DNA of 64,000 nt from Amycolatopsis sp. (GCF_036008905.1 NZ_DASYMU010000010.1:301-64300); one strand, 5' to 3'. Shown: positions 1 through 9,292, counted from the first letter of the stretch. A program made the numbers and translations. Notes: generated by a model not told the origin, from the sequence alone.

Positions 1-533
1 ATCATCAGGACGCCGACCACGGCGATGACGAGCGACTGCCCGGCCTTGCTCTCGATGCCCAGCAGCAACGCGACCAGCCCACCGGCCCCGGCCATCTGCG
101 CGAGCAGGTAGAAGAACGACACGGCCAGCGTCGACACCGCCGCGGCGGCGCGCACCGGGCGTTGCTTCATCCGGAACGCCAGCACGTCACCCATGGTGAA
201 CTTGCCGGTGTTCCGCAGGAGCTCCGCGACCAGCAACAGCGCGACGAGCCACGCCACCAGGAAGCCGATCGAATAGAGGAAACCGTCGTACCCGTTGATC
301 GCGATGGCCCCGGCGATCCCCAGGAACGACGCCGCCGAGAGGTAATCGCCGGAAATCGCGATGCCGTTCTGCGGACCGGTGAAGGCTCGCCCGGCGGCGT
401 AGTAGTCCGACGCGGTCTTGCTGTTGCGGCTGGCCCGGAACACGATCACGAGAGTGATCAGCACGAACACCGCGAAAATGGTGATGTTCAGCGCCGGGTT
501 ACTGCCCTCGACCGGCGCGGCGAGGTTGATCAT
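1..533 (-). CDS. actP: Cation/acetate symporter ActP-like (sodium:solute symporter), runs off the window's left edge
   Basis: Not in the ORF track (open at the edge). Reverse-strand translation from ATG at 533: MINLAAPVEGSNPALNITIFAVFV...DYYAAGRAFTGPQNGIAISGDYLSAASFLG, the ActP signature. ATGA overlap with the upstream DUF485 gene. Confidence 0.9.
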   Translation of the reverse strand, partial: MINLAAPVEGSNPALNITIFAVFVLITLVIVFRASRNSKTASDYYAAGRAFTGPQNGIAISGDYLSAASFLGIAGAIAINGYDGFLYSIGFLVAWLVALLLVAELLRNTGKFTMGDVLAFRMKQRPVRAAAAVSTLAVSFFYLLAQMAGAGGLVALLLGIESKAGQSLVIAVVGVLM

Positions 534-865
534 TTGGCTGCTCCCTCGATATCGCCGCGGATCTTGTCGGAGATCGGGTCGAGGTTCTTGTTCGCGTAGC
601 GCACGTACAACCCGGTGATCACAAAGGTCGAGACGAACTGCAGCAGGCCGAAGATCAGGCCGACGGTGATGTTGCCCGCCACCTTCGTCGACATGAACCC
701 GTGGGCGTAGTCGGCGAGCAGCACGTAAAGCAGGTACCAGAGCAGGAAGATCGCCGACACCGGGAAGACGAAGTTACGCAAGCGCTTGCGTAACCGGGCG
801 AATTCCGGGCTGGCTTGGATCTGTTCCCAATCGGTCTCGGCCTCGTGGGCGACGTCTTTCTCCAT
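530..865 (-). CDS. DUF485 (YjcH-like) small membrane protein, ActP partner
   Basis: MEKDVAHEAETDW...FARLRKRLRNFVFP, two TM helices, YVRYANK-LDP motif; AGGAGGT RBS before ATG 865; coupled to actP. Confidence 0.9.
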   Translation of the reverse strand: MEKDVAHEAETDWEQIQASPEFARLRKRLRNFVFPVSAIFLLWYLLYVLLADYAHGFMSTKVAGNITVGLIFGLLQFVSTFVITGLYVRYANKNLDPISDKIRGDIEGAAK

Positions 866-1096
866 TGCGGACCTCCTGCTCCGTCGGTTCCCGACACGCC
901 GGGTTTCGAGTCGTTGATCGGTTGTTTTTGCCTGCGGCACGACTCAAGCGCCGACTGAGATCATCCCCCCGCAGGGCCACCCATGCTGATAATCCGATTG
1001 AGTGAACGGTATGACGCAAAGTAGATCAATGCGCGTCTGTTCTCGACGGAATGTCCTGATTCGATTACCGAAGGGAATGTCATCGCCCCGAACCGG

Positions 1097-2887
1097 CTAC
1101 TTGCGGTGCTTTCCCTTGGTCAGCCGCACCTTTTCCTCGACCTGGTTCCCGAACCGCGCGACGGCCCGGTCCCGCATGAAGCCCAGCGGATCCGGCGCGT
1201 GCAAGCGCAACATCACGGCGTTGAGATCCTCGGGGATGCCGTACTTCGTGGCCTTGCTGACGACGTAGGTCGTGAGGAACGCGGCCGGCACGGTGATCAG
1301 CGCGGGCTGGCTGGTGAACCAGGGCGCCCAGTTGCCGGTGTACCCGCTGACGATGTCGGCGACCAATGCGAGCAGCACGAGCCCGCCACCGACAGTCATC
1401 CCGGCCATCGCGCCGGGCCAGCTCAGCTTCCGCCACCAGATGCCGAGCACCAGCAGCGGGCTGAACGTCGACGCCGCGAGCGCGAACGACATGCCGACGC
1501 TGAACGAAATGTCCTCGGCCCGCAGCAGTACCGCCAGCACCATCGGCAGGAACGCGACGATCGCCGTCGCCACGCGGAAGTCCCGTACCCGCCCCGGAAG
1601 CACGTCGGTCGAGACCACTCCGGCGACACTGACCAGCAGCCCGGACGAGCTCGACAGGAAGGCGGCGAACGCGCCCGCCGCCGTCACCGCGCCCAGAATC
1701 TGCCCCGCGACGCCGGGCAACAACGCGCTCGGCAGGCGCAGCACGGCCGCGTCCGACTCGCCGGTCACCAGCAACTCAGGCACGTACATCCGGGAGAGCG
1801 CGCCGAGCATGGTCGGGAAGAGATAGAACAAACCCAGTAACAGCAACACATGTACGGTCGTGCGCCGCGCGGCCTTCCCGTCGGGGTTGGTGTAGAACCG
1901 CACCAGCACATGCGGAAGTCCCATAGTGCCGAGGAACAACGCGAAGATCAGCGAGTACGTCTGCAGCAGGTCGGTCACACCACCGGAGCTCGCGCGCAGC
2001 CAGTCCGCGTTCTGCGTCTGCGCGCCGCTGATGACCGGGACCGGGGTGCCGGCGGAGAAGCGCAGCGTCGTTCCCGCGGCGACCTGACGCTTGATCCCCG
2101 ACGCCCAGTACACCTCGCCGTCCGCCGTCGCGCCGTCCACTCGCCCATACGCCCAGAGGTTCACCGACCCGGCGACCTCGACGGTGATGTCCGTCTTGAC
2201 GTCGACCGTGGTCTCCTGCACGAAAACCGGCGGCGCCTCCGCACCGAGCGGCCGGGCGCCGTCCGGGCCGCCACCGCCGAGGAAGACCACGCACAGGATG
2301 AACGTCGGCGCCGCGATCGCGAACAGCTTGAGCCAGTACTGGAACGCCTGCACCACGGTGATCGCGCGCATGCCGCCGGCGATCACGTTGACCGCGACCA
2401 GGAAGGTCACCAGCACCGCGCCGGCCCACGCCGGGACCGGCAGGATCGTCGCCAGGGTCAGCCCGGCGCCCTGCAGCTGCGGGACCATGTAGAGGATGCC
2501 GATGAAGATGACGAACGCCGTCGAGAACTTGCGCAACGAAACCGAACCAAGCCGCGCCTCGATGAAGTCGGGCAGTGTGTACGCGCCGGAACGCCGCAGC
2601 GGCGCGGCGACGAAGAGCATCAGCGCCAGATAACCCGCGGTGAACCCGATCGGGAACCACAGCGCGTCGGCGCCGTCCTTGAGCACGACCCCCGCGACCC
2701 CCAGGAAGGACGCGGCGGAGAGGTACTCACCGGAGATGGCGGCGGCGTTGCGGCGCGAGCGGACCGTTCGCCGCGCGACGAGGAAGTCATGGGTGGTGAC
2801 GGCGAACCGGGACGAGCGGTGACCCAGATAGAAGGTCACCACGGCGACCAGCACGATGCCGGTCAACGCCCATGGGTTCAGCTGCAC
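1097..2887 (-). CDS. Second sodium:solute symporter (ActP-like) with a large extracytoplasmic insertion
   Basis: AAISGEYLSAASFLG, GTMGLPHVLVRFYTNPDG and AASTFSPLLVLGIWW SSS motifs; many TM helices. Confidence 0.88.
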   Translation of the reverse strand: MQLNPWALTGIVLVAVVTFYLGHRSSRFAVTTHDFLVARRTVRSRRNAAAISGEYLSAASFLGVAGVVLKDGADALWFPIGFTAGYLALMLFVAAPLRRSGAYTLPDFIEARLGSVSLRKFSTAFVIFIGILYMVPQLQGAGLTLATILPVPAWAGAVLVTFLVAVNVIAGGMRAITVVQAFQYWLKLFAIAAPTFILCVVFLGGGGPDGARPLGAEAPPVFVQETTVDVKTDITVEVAGSVNLWAYGRVDGATADGEVYWASGIKRQVAAGTTLRFSAGTPVPVISGAQTQNADWLRASSGGVTDLLQTYSLIFALFLGTMGLPHVLVRFYTNPDGKAARRTTVHVLLLLGLFYLFPTMLGALSRMYVPELLVTGESDAAVLRLPSALLPGVAGQILGAVTAAGAFAAFLSSSSGLLVSVAGVVSTDVLPGRVRDFRVATAIVAFLPMVLAVLLRAEDISFSVGMSFALAASTFSPLLVLGIWWRKLSWPGAMAGMTVGGGLVLLALVADIVSGYTGNWAPWFTSQPALITVPAAFLTTYVVSKATKYGIPEDLNAVMLRLHAPDPLGFMRDRAVARFGNQVEEKVRLTKGKHRK

Positions 2888-2938
2888 TGGGAGATCCTCG
2901 CACTCGAGCGCCCGCGCTCGGTCTTCGACTGGTTGCGG

Positions 2939-3436
2939 TCAGTTCTCGATCATGTCGACGAAATCGCGCTCGTGCCGCTCGGCGAGCCGGTTGTACCAAA
3001 GCCCGACACCGAACAGCAACGGAAACGGCACGACCCCGAGGATCAGCCACGGCATCGGCACGCCGATGAACGACAGCCGGCCGAACGACGGGACGAAGTA
3101 GAACAGGATCGGCAGCGACCCGAGCAGGGCCACGACCAGCAACGCCAGCAGCAGTCCGGTCCGGAGCTGCGCCTTGACGAGGTCCTTGATGAGGAGCTCG
3201 CCCCAGCTGGTCTGTTCTTCCAACTCGACGCGGGCACGCAGGGTGTTGGCGGCGACCCGCGGATCGGCGAGCACCACCCGTTGCCGGCGGATCTTCTGCT
3301 GCGGCTCCGCCTGTTGCTGGTTCAGGAACTGCTCGACCAGATCGGGTTCGGGCGGGTCGGTGCGGTTCAGGTTCTTGCCGAGGGTCGGATCCGGTTTGCG
3401 GAACCCGTCTTCCCCGTAGTAGTTGTCTTCGGTCAT
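2939..3436 (-). CDS. DUF485-like two-TM membrane protein
   Basis: Two hydrophobic helices ending YNRLAERHERDF; sits between the LytTR gene and the symporter. Confidence 0.7.
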   Translation of the reverse strand: MTEDNYYGEDGFRKPDPTLGKNLNRTDPPEPDLVEQFLNQQQAEPQQKIRRQRVVLADPRVAANTLRARVELEEQTSWGELLIKDLVKAQLRTGLLLALLVVALLGSLPILFYFVPSFGRLSFIGVPMPWLILGVVPFPLLFGVGLWYNRLAERHERDFVDMIEN

Positions 3437-3438
3437 CG

Positions 3439-4275
3439 CTAGGAGTTTCTAGACGAGCCGACCAGCCGGTCCTTCAACTCGCGGGTGTGCCGTCTGCTGA
3501 CCGGCAGCACCTTCTCCTCGTTGCCGATGACCACCTGGTAGCCGCCCTGGCCCATCCGCAGCTCGGTGATGAGCCCGAGCGCGACCAGGAACGACCGGTG
3601 GATCCGCACGAAGCCGGCCTTTTCCCAGCGCTCTTCGAGCTGTGCGAGCGGGATCCGCACGAGGTGGCTGCCGTCGGTGGTGAACAGGCGCGCGTAGTCG
3701 CCCTGCGCCTCGACCCACCGGACCGAAGAACGCTGGATGAGTTTCGTGGTGCCTGCCAGCTCGACCGGGATGACCTCGTCGTCGTTCTTGACCGGCGCGG
3801 CGCCGCCTGGCGGCGCGTCGAGCGAAGGCGCGGACTGGAGCTTCTCCACGACCCGCTGGATCGCCCTGTCCAGGCGGTTCTGCTTGCACGGCTTGAGCAC
3901 GTAGTCGATCGCGCCGAGTTCGAACGCGTTGACGGCCTCGTCGGCATGCCCGGTCACGAAGACGAGCAGCGGCGGCGGGCTCAGCGCGCTGAGCACCTTC
4001 GACATCTCCATGCCCGACAGCCCTGGCATCTGGATGTCGGCGAACACGGCGTCGACCGGGGGAAGGCCGCGTTCCTTCCGCATCCTGAGCTCGGGGTCGT
4101 CGGACGCGATGATGCGCCGCAACGCCTCGGAAGCGTCGACCGCTTCGAGAACACGGCTGACTTGGTGGTTGCTGTCCAGACAGTGGACCAACTCGGACAA
4201 ACCATGCGGCTCATCGTCCACAGCGAGGACGATGAGCTGACGGGTGGCATCTTGAGCACTCACAGTGATTCGCAT
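3439..4275 (-). CDS. LytTR-family response regulator
   Basis: Receiver domain (LAVDDE, FADIQMP, VFVTGH, DYVLKP) plus LytTR domain (VEAQGDY, FVRIHRSFLV, LPVSRR). Start uncertain (4275 or 4263). Confidence 0.92.
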   Translation of the reverse strand: MRITVSAQDATRQLIVLAVDDEPHGLSELVHCLDSNHQVSRVLEAVDASEALRRIIASDDPELRMRKERGLPPVDAVFADIQMPGLSGMEMSKVLSALSPPPLLVFVTGHADEAVNAFELGAIDYVLKPCKQNRLDRAIQRVVEKLQSAPSLDAPPGGAAPVKNDDEVIPVELAGTTKLIQRSSVRWVEAQGDYARLFTTDGSHLVRIPLAQLEERWEKAGFVRIHRSFLVALGLITELRMGQGGYQVVIGNEEKVLPVSRRHTRELKDRLVGSSRNS

Positions 4276-4359
4276 CCTGCCTATTGCAGGCGGCAATGTC
4301 CATACCTTCGAGACCACGCGCACCGATGAGATGGTCCCGCGTTCGACCGTACCGCCCAA

Positions 4360-4396
4360 CGGTGCCGATGCCCCCACGCTGAAGGCACCGGCACCG
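4360..4396 (-). terminator. Hairpin downstream of the GH16 gene
   Basis: CGGTGCCGATGCC / GGCACCGGCACCG, 13-bp stem with one mismatch. Confidence 0.5.
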
Positions 4397-4405
4397 AATG
4401 ACCGA

Positions 4406-5851
4406 CTAGTGGCCGAAGGTGAACCAGTTCAGGTTCACGAAGTCAGCCGGTTGGCCGCTCGTGAACGTCAGGTACACCGTGTGGACCCCGGTCGTGGCGC
4501 CGATGTTGGCCGGGATCGTGCGCCAGCTCTGCCAGCCGCCGGTGTTGCCGACGGCGAAGCTGCCGACCGGTGCGTTGCTCCGGCTGTCCAGCCGCACTTC
4601 GACCAGGCCGCTCACCCCGCCCGCGGCCCCCGAGGCGACTCTCGCCACGAACTGGCGGCCGGGCGTGCTCCCGAAGTCGACGTTCGGATAGGACGCCCAG
4701 TCCCCGTTGCCCGCCGGGCCGACAGCCTGTCCGCCACCGGTGTCGGTTGTGGACTGCGTGGCCAGTCCGCCCTGCTGACCGAAGGATTCGGCCTGGATGG
4801 TGGCGTAGGCGTTGCCGGGATTACCCGGCGTGGTCGGCGTGGTGGGCGTCGTCGGAGTGGTGGGTGTGGTCGGGGTCGTCGTGGTGCCACCACCACTGGT
4901 GGACACCGACACGTAGTCGACGACCATCGGGCGACCGGGCACGATTCCCGGTCCTGGTGTGGTGGTGCCCGAGTTGTTGTTCGGGAAGGCGCCACCGATC
5001 GCGACGTTCAGCAGGATGAAATAGCCCGCGTGGTTGGTCATGTTGGCCCACGTCGTGGCGTCGACCTGGTTCTGGCTGACGGAGTGGAACTGCTGCCCGT
5101 CGACGAACCAGCGGAAGACCTGCGGCGAGGCGCTCGCGTCCCACTCGAAGCGGTACGTGTGGAACGCGGACTGGCAGCTCGCGCCGGGGCAGGCCCGGTT
5201 GGCCACGATGCCGGTGGTCTCGTTGCACGGGCCGCCGGGGTTGACGCCGCAGTGCAGCACGCCCCACACGGAGTTGATCCCGTTGACGTTCTCCATGATG
5301 TCGAACTCGCCGATGGCGGGCCAGTTCCAGTTGTTGCCGCGGTACGGCGAGCCCAGCGCCCAGAATGCGGGCCAGTAGCCGAGCGCGGCGGCCCCGGTGA
5401 CGTTCGGCATCTGGATGCGGCTTTCGATCCGCATCGCACCGCCTGCGGGCGGCTTGAAGTTGGTCCGCTGCGTCTCGATCCGGGCCGACGTCCACGCGCC
5501 CGCGCCGTCGCGTTGCGGGGTGATCTTCAGGTTGCCCGCGCCGTCGAGGGCCAGGTTGTTCGGGTTGGTCGTGTAGTTCTGGATCTCACCGGTGCCCCAG
5601 TTCCCCGGCCCGCCCGGGTAGCCGAACCCGGTGTCGTAGATCCAGTTGGACGCGGACGGCAATGAGTTGGCGGCGCCGTTGAAGTCGTCCGCGAAAACTG
5701 TGGTCCAGCCCGGGTCCGGTGGCGGGACCGAGGCTTCGGCGGTCATGGTGAGCGGAATGGCGACCAGCACCGCGCCGGCGACCGCACTCAACGTGCCCCA
5801 CCAGCGCCGGCGGGTTCGTGGCGCTCTGGACGAAACTGATGTGACGGGCAT
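4406..5851 (-). CDS. Secreted GH16 beta-1,3-glucanase with Pro/Thr linker and C-terminal CBM6
   Basis: Signal peptide; GH16 catalytic GEFDIMENVNG (ExDxxE); TTP-repeat linker; CBM6 (IQAES, GDWASY, TGGWQSW, VNLNWFTF); GAGGAGG RBS before ATG 5851. Confidence 0.92.
   Translation of the reverse strand: MPVTSVSSRAPRTRRRWWGTLSAVAGAVLVAIPLTMTAEASVPPPDPGWTTVFADDFNGAANSLPSASNWIYDTGFGYPGGPGNWGTGEIQNYTTNPNNLALDGAGNLKITPQRDGAGAWTSARIETQRTNFKPPAGGAMRIESRIQMPNVTGAAALGYWPAFWALGSPYRGNNWNWPAIGEFDIMENVNGINSVWGVLHCGVNPGGPCNETTGIVANRACPGASCQSAFHTYRFEWDASASPQVFRWFVDGQQFHSVSQNQVDATTWANMTNHAGYFILLNVAIGGAFPNNNSGTTTPGPGIVPGRPMVVDYVSVSTSGGGTTTTPTTPTTPTTPTTPTTPGNPGNAYATIQAESFGQQGGLATQSTTDTGGGQAVGPAGNGDWASYPNVDFGSTPGRQFVARVASGAAGGVSGLVEVRLDSRSNAPVGSFAVGNTGGWQSWRTIPANIGATTGVHTVYLTFTSGQPADFVNLNWFTFGH
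4827..4886 (-). repeat. Degenerate 9-bp tandem repeat encoding the (TTP)n linker
   Basis: Translates as TTTTPTTPTTPTTPTTPTTPG between the catalytic domain and the CBM. Confidence 0.8.
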
Positions 5852-5971
5852 GGGTGACCTCCTCGTCAACCCGAACCGGCCGATACAGGGCATTTGTTGC
5901 CGGTCACAACAAAGCCTCGCCCCATGAGACCTGAAGGTCTAGACCATGTCTGTACGCCATTCGAGTGAAAG

Positions 5972-5987
5972 TGTGGTCCTTATCACA
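5972..5987. promoter_or_regulatory. CRP/GlxR-like box upstream of the glucanase
   Basis: TGTGG-TCCTTA-TCACA, a 9/10 match to TGTGA-N6-TCACA. Confidence 0.5.
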
Positions 5988-6006
5988 TGGTGCCAAGCCT
6001 TAATAT

Positions 6007-6073
6007 GCACTTTCTCGCCTAAGTGCCCCCCTTTTCGCGACGTGAAAAGGGGGGCACTTAGGCGAGAAAGTGC
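6007..6073. repeat. Perfect 30-bp inverted repeat (7-nt loop)
   Basis: GCACTTTCTCGCCTAAGTGCCCCCCTTTTC at 6007-6036 and its exact reverse complement at 6044-6073. Confidence 0.95.
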
Positions 6074-6084
6074 GACCGGTTAAC

Positions 6085-6930
6085 TCAAAGCCCGAATCGC
6101 GACCAAGCCGCTTTCGTCGTCACCGCGTCGATCAACGCACTGGCCGCCGCCGGCGCGCCGATACCCAGCCTCGCCAGCAACGCTTTCTTGGGCTCCGCAA
6201 CGGAAATCTCCGCCCCCGGGTACCGCGCGTTGATCACCTCGCGTAACGTCCCGACCCCGTCGATGAGCCCGAGTTCCAACGCCTTGTTCCCGAGCCAGAC
6301 GTCACCGGTGAACAGATCTTCCTCGGTGGACAATTTGTCCCCGCGACGTTCCTTGACCCATTCCACGAACAATTCGTGCAGCTGGGAATGCATCTTTTTC
6401 AACCACTCGACGTCTTCCGGCTTCTCCGGGCTGAACGGGTCGAGCCGCGACTTGTTGGCGCCCGCGGTGTGCAGCCGGCGCTCGATGCCGAAGCGCTCCA
6501 GCAGCCCGGTGAAGCCGAACCCGCCGCTGATCACGCCGATCGAGCCGACCATCGACGTCCGGTGCGCGAAGATCTCGTCGGCCGCGCAGGCGAGCCAGTA
6601 CCCGCCGGAAGCGGCGACGTCCTCGCAGAACGCGATCACCGGCACGTTCTTCTTGTCCGCGAGCTGCCGGATCCGCTCCGCGACCAGGCCCGACTGCGTG
6701 GGTGCCCCACCGGGCGAGTTGATCTGCAGCGCGACGGCCTTGAGGCGGTCGTGGCTGAACGCCCTGGTGAGCGCGGACTCCACCGCGGAGAGGTTGATCG
6801 AGCCCCTGGCCAGCGGCGACGGCGACGGCGTGATGACGCCATGCAGTTTCACCACGGCGACGATGTCGGTGCGATCACCCCTGTCGCCGATCATCGGGAG
6901 GCGGGAAGTCAGCTTGTCCGTGACGCTCAT
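6085..6930 (-). CDS. S49 family peptidase (SppA/SohB-like)
   Basis: INSPGG, DVAASGGYWLA, VGSIGV and GDVWLG motifs. Confidence 0.92.
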   Translation of the reverse strand: MSVTDKLTSRLPMIGDRGDRTDIVAVVKLHGVITPSPSPLARGSINLSAVESALTRAFSHDRLKAVALQINSPGGAPTQSGLVAERIRQLADKKNVPVIAFCEDVAASGGYWLACAADEIFAHRTSMVGSIGVISGGFGFTGLLERFGIERRLHTAGANKSRLDPFSPEKPEDVEWLKKMHSQLHELFVEWVKERRGDKLSTEEDLFTGDVWLGNKALELGLIDGVGTLREVINARYPGAEISVAEPKKALLARLGIGAPAAASALIDAVTTKAAWSRFGL

Positions 6931-6969
6931 ATCGCCACCTTACTGACGTTTTGACCCGGCTTCAGCGCG

Positions 6970-8262
6970 CTAGACGCCGCCGCGCGCCGCCGGCAGCACG
7001 CCGCTGCGCGAGCCGATGCCGCCGTTGTCCAGCTGGGGCTGGTCGTCGCCCTCGTCTTCACCGGGGGCGAAGTCGGGCAGGTTCGGGCGGACGCCGTTGA
7101 CGAACTTCGGCACCCGGAGCGTCACCTTCATGCCCGCGCCCGGCGCGGTTTCGACGATCAGCGCGTAGTCGCCACCGAAGACCTGCTGCATGCGCTGGTT
7201 GATGTTCCCGAGCCCGACGTGCGCGCCCGTGCGATGCGAGCTGCGGAGCCCTTCGAGCCGCGACGGGTCCATGCCGATGCCGTCGTCCTCGACGCTGATC
7301 AGCGCTTCGGAACCGAAGTCCTGCGCGATCACCGTCACCGTGCCGCCGCTGGGCTTGTTCGCCAGCCCGTGCTTGACCGCGTTCTCGACGAGCGGCTGGA
7401 TGATCAGGAACGGCACGACCACCGCGAGCACCTCGGGCGCGATCTTCATCCGGACTTCGAGCCGTCCACCGAAGCGCGCGGCCTCGATGGTCAGGTAACG
7501 GTCGATGTTGCGGAGTTCCTCGCTCAACGTCGTGAACATGCCCGAAGTACGGAACGAGTACCGCGTGAAGTCCGCGAACTCCATGAGCAACTCCCGCGCT
7601 TCCTCGGGATCCGTGCGGATCAGCGAGGAGATCGTGTTGAGCGCGTTGTAGACGAAGTGCGGCGAAATCTGCGCGCGCAGCGCCTTGATCTCGGACTGCT
7701 GCAGCTGGTGCTTGGATTCGTCGAGCCGCGCGAGTTCGAACTGCGTGCAGACGAAGTGCGCGACGGCGTCGGCCATCTCGATGAGCCTGCCGCGCGTCCG
7801 GCCGACGACGATCAGCGCCGCCTCGGTCTCGCCTTCGACGATCAGCGGCACGATGACCGCCGTTTTCATCCGGCAGGTCCCGCGGTGGTTGCAGGGCATC
7901 TTGTCGTGCTGGACGACCTCGCGCCGGTGCTTGCGGATCGCCGAGCCGATCGCCTCGACCAGGTCGACGTAGTGGTCGTTGGCCTCGCCGTCCCACGAAA
8001 GCAGCGTGCCTTCGCCGTCGGTGATGCCGACGGCCACACACTTCAGCATGTCGAGCAGCTGGGTGGTGATCTTGTCCGCGGCCTCCTCGGTGAGGCCTTC
8101 CCGCAGGTCAGGGGTCGCTTTCGACAACCCGTGCACCGCTTCCAGCCGCGCGTTCTCGACGACATGACCAGGCTGGCGCGCCTTGATGATCATGACAACG
8201 ATGACGATGAGGAGCACGCCGACCAGTCCCCAGGGAACGATCTGAGCAATAGGCCAGTACAC
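6970..8262 (-). CDS. LytS-type sensor histidine kinase with one N-terminal TM and a GAF-like domain
   Basis: ALRAQISPHFVYNALNTI (LytS H-box), QPLVENAVKHG, VEDDGIG, VGLGNI. Start estimated at GTG 8262. Confidence 0.9.
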   Translation of the reverse strand: MYWPIAQIVPWGLVGVLLIVIVVMIIKARQPGHVVENARLEAVHGLSKATPDLREGLTEEAADKITTQLLDMLKCVAVGITDGEGTLLSWDGEANDHYVDLVEAIGSAIRKHRREVVQHDKMPCNHRGTCRMKTAVIVPLIVEGETEAALIVVGRTRGRLIEMADAVAHFVCTQFELARLDESKHQLQQSEIKALRAQISPHFVYNALNTISSLIRTDPEEARELLMEFADFTRYSFRTSGMFTTLSEELRNIDRYLTIEAARFGGRLEVRMKIAPEVLAVVVPFLIIQPLVENAVKHGLANKPSGGTVTVIAQDFGSEALISVEDDGIGMDPSRLEGLRSSHRTGAHVGLGNINQRMQQVFGGDYALIVETAPGAGMKVTLRVPKFVNGVRPNLPDFAPGEDEGDDQPQLDNGGIGSRSGVLPAARGGV

Positions 8263-8423
8263 AGCCTCAATGCTCTGCGCTCTGGCATCCGGCTGCAAGG
8301 CTTGCAACCCACTTTCTGTGCGATTTGGAAAACGGAGAGTGGGCCAGACCCTACCCATTGTCCGGTGAGACACCCGATGGTTTTCGTGTGGTTCACCCGC
8401 GAAGCTGAATGGTGACCGCGAAA

Positions 8424-9275
8424 CTATTTCAGCAGGCGGGACATCCGCCGATCGGCCAGCGGTTTGCCACCGGTCTGGCAGGTGGGGCAGTACTGGAACG
8501 ATTTGTCCGCGAACGAGATCTCCCGCACGGTGTCACCGCAGACCGGGCACGGCAGGCCCGTTCGCGCGTGGACGCGCAGGCCGGACCGCTTCTCGCCCTT
8601 GAGGCGCGCCGCGTCCTGCCCGACTGAGCGGGTGACGGCACTGGTCAGGATCTCGTGGATGGCGTCGGCGAGCCTGTCGAGCGCCTCGTCGGGGAGCTTG
8701 CCGGGCGTGGAGTACGGCGAAAGCTTGGCCATGTGCATGATCTCGTCGGAGTAGGCGTTGCCGATCCCGGCGATCACTTTCTGGTCCGTCAACGCCGTTT
8801 TCAGGCGTTCGGTGCGGCCGGCGAACAACTCGCCGAGTTTCGCCCGATCGAGCGACAACGCGTCGGGGCCGAGCCGCGCGACGCTGGCGACCTCGCTGGG
8901 GTCGCGCACGATCCACACCGCGAGCCCCTTTTTCGTGCCCGCCTCGGTGAGGTCGAACCCTGGCCCGCCGAGATGGACGCGCAGGGAGATCGGGCTCTTG
9001 CCGGGTTTGAGCGGGGTCGGCGACAACGCGTCGGACCAGCGCAGCCACCCGGCACGCGCGAGATGCGTGATCAGATGCAGCTCGCCGACGACGAGGTCGA
9101 GGTGCTTGCCGAAGCGGCCGGCCCCGGTCACCTCGAGGCCCCGCAGGTCGGTGTAGGACGGGCTGAACGTTTTGAGCACGCTCAGCGAGGCCACGTCGAT
9201 CCGGCTGATCGTGCGGCCGACGGCGTGTTCGCGCAGGTGGTGGGCCAGCGCTTCGACTTCCGGCAACTCCGGCAT
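8424..9275 (-). CDS. Fpg/Nei family DNA glycosylase/AP lyase
   Basis: N-terminal MPELPEVE, H2TH IAGIGNAYSDE, C-terminal CPVC...CPTCQ zinc finger. Confidence 0.95.
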   Translation of the reverse strand: MPELPEVEALAHHLREHAVGRTISRIDVASLSVLKTFSPSYTDLRGLEVTGAGRFGKHLDLVVGELHLITHLARAGWLRWSDALSPTPLKPGKSPISLRVHLGGPGFDLTEAGTKKGLAVWIVRDPSEVASVARLGPDALSLDRAKLGELFAGRTERLKTALTDQKVIAGIGNAYSDEIMHMAKLSPYSTPGKLPDEALDRLADAIHEILTSAVTRSVGQDAARLKGEKRSGLRVHARTGLPCPVCGDTVREISFADKSFQYCPTCQTGGKPLADRRMSRLLK

Positions 9276-9292
9276 GCTGCCAGTGTCGTTGG

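Noticed and set aside
951-1002. CCGA(C/T)TGAG repeats 43 bp apart upstream of DUF485-actP as LytTR binding sites
   Set aside because: The spacing is twice the usual LytTR period with no intermediate copy; too weak to call without alignment to orthologous promoters.
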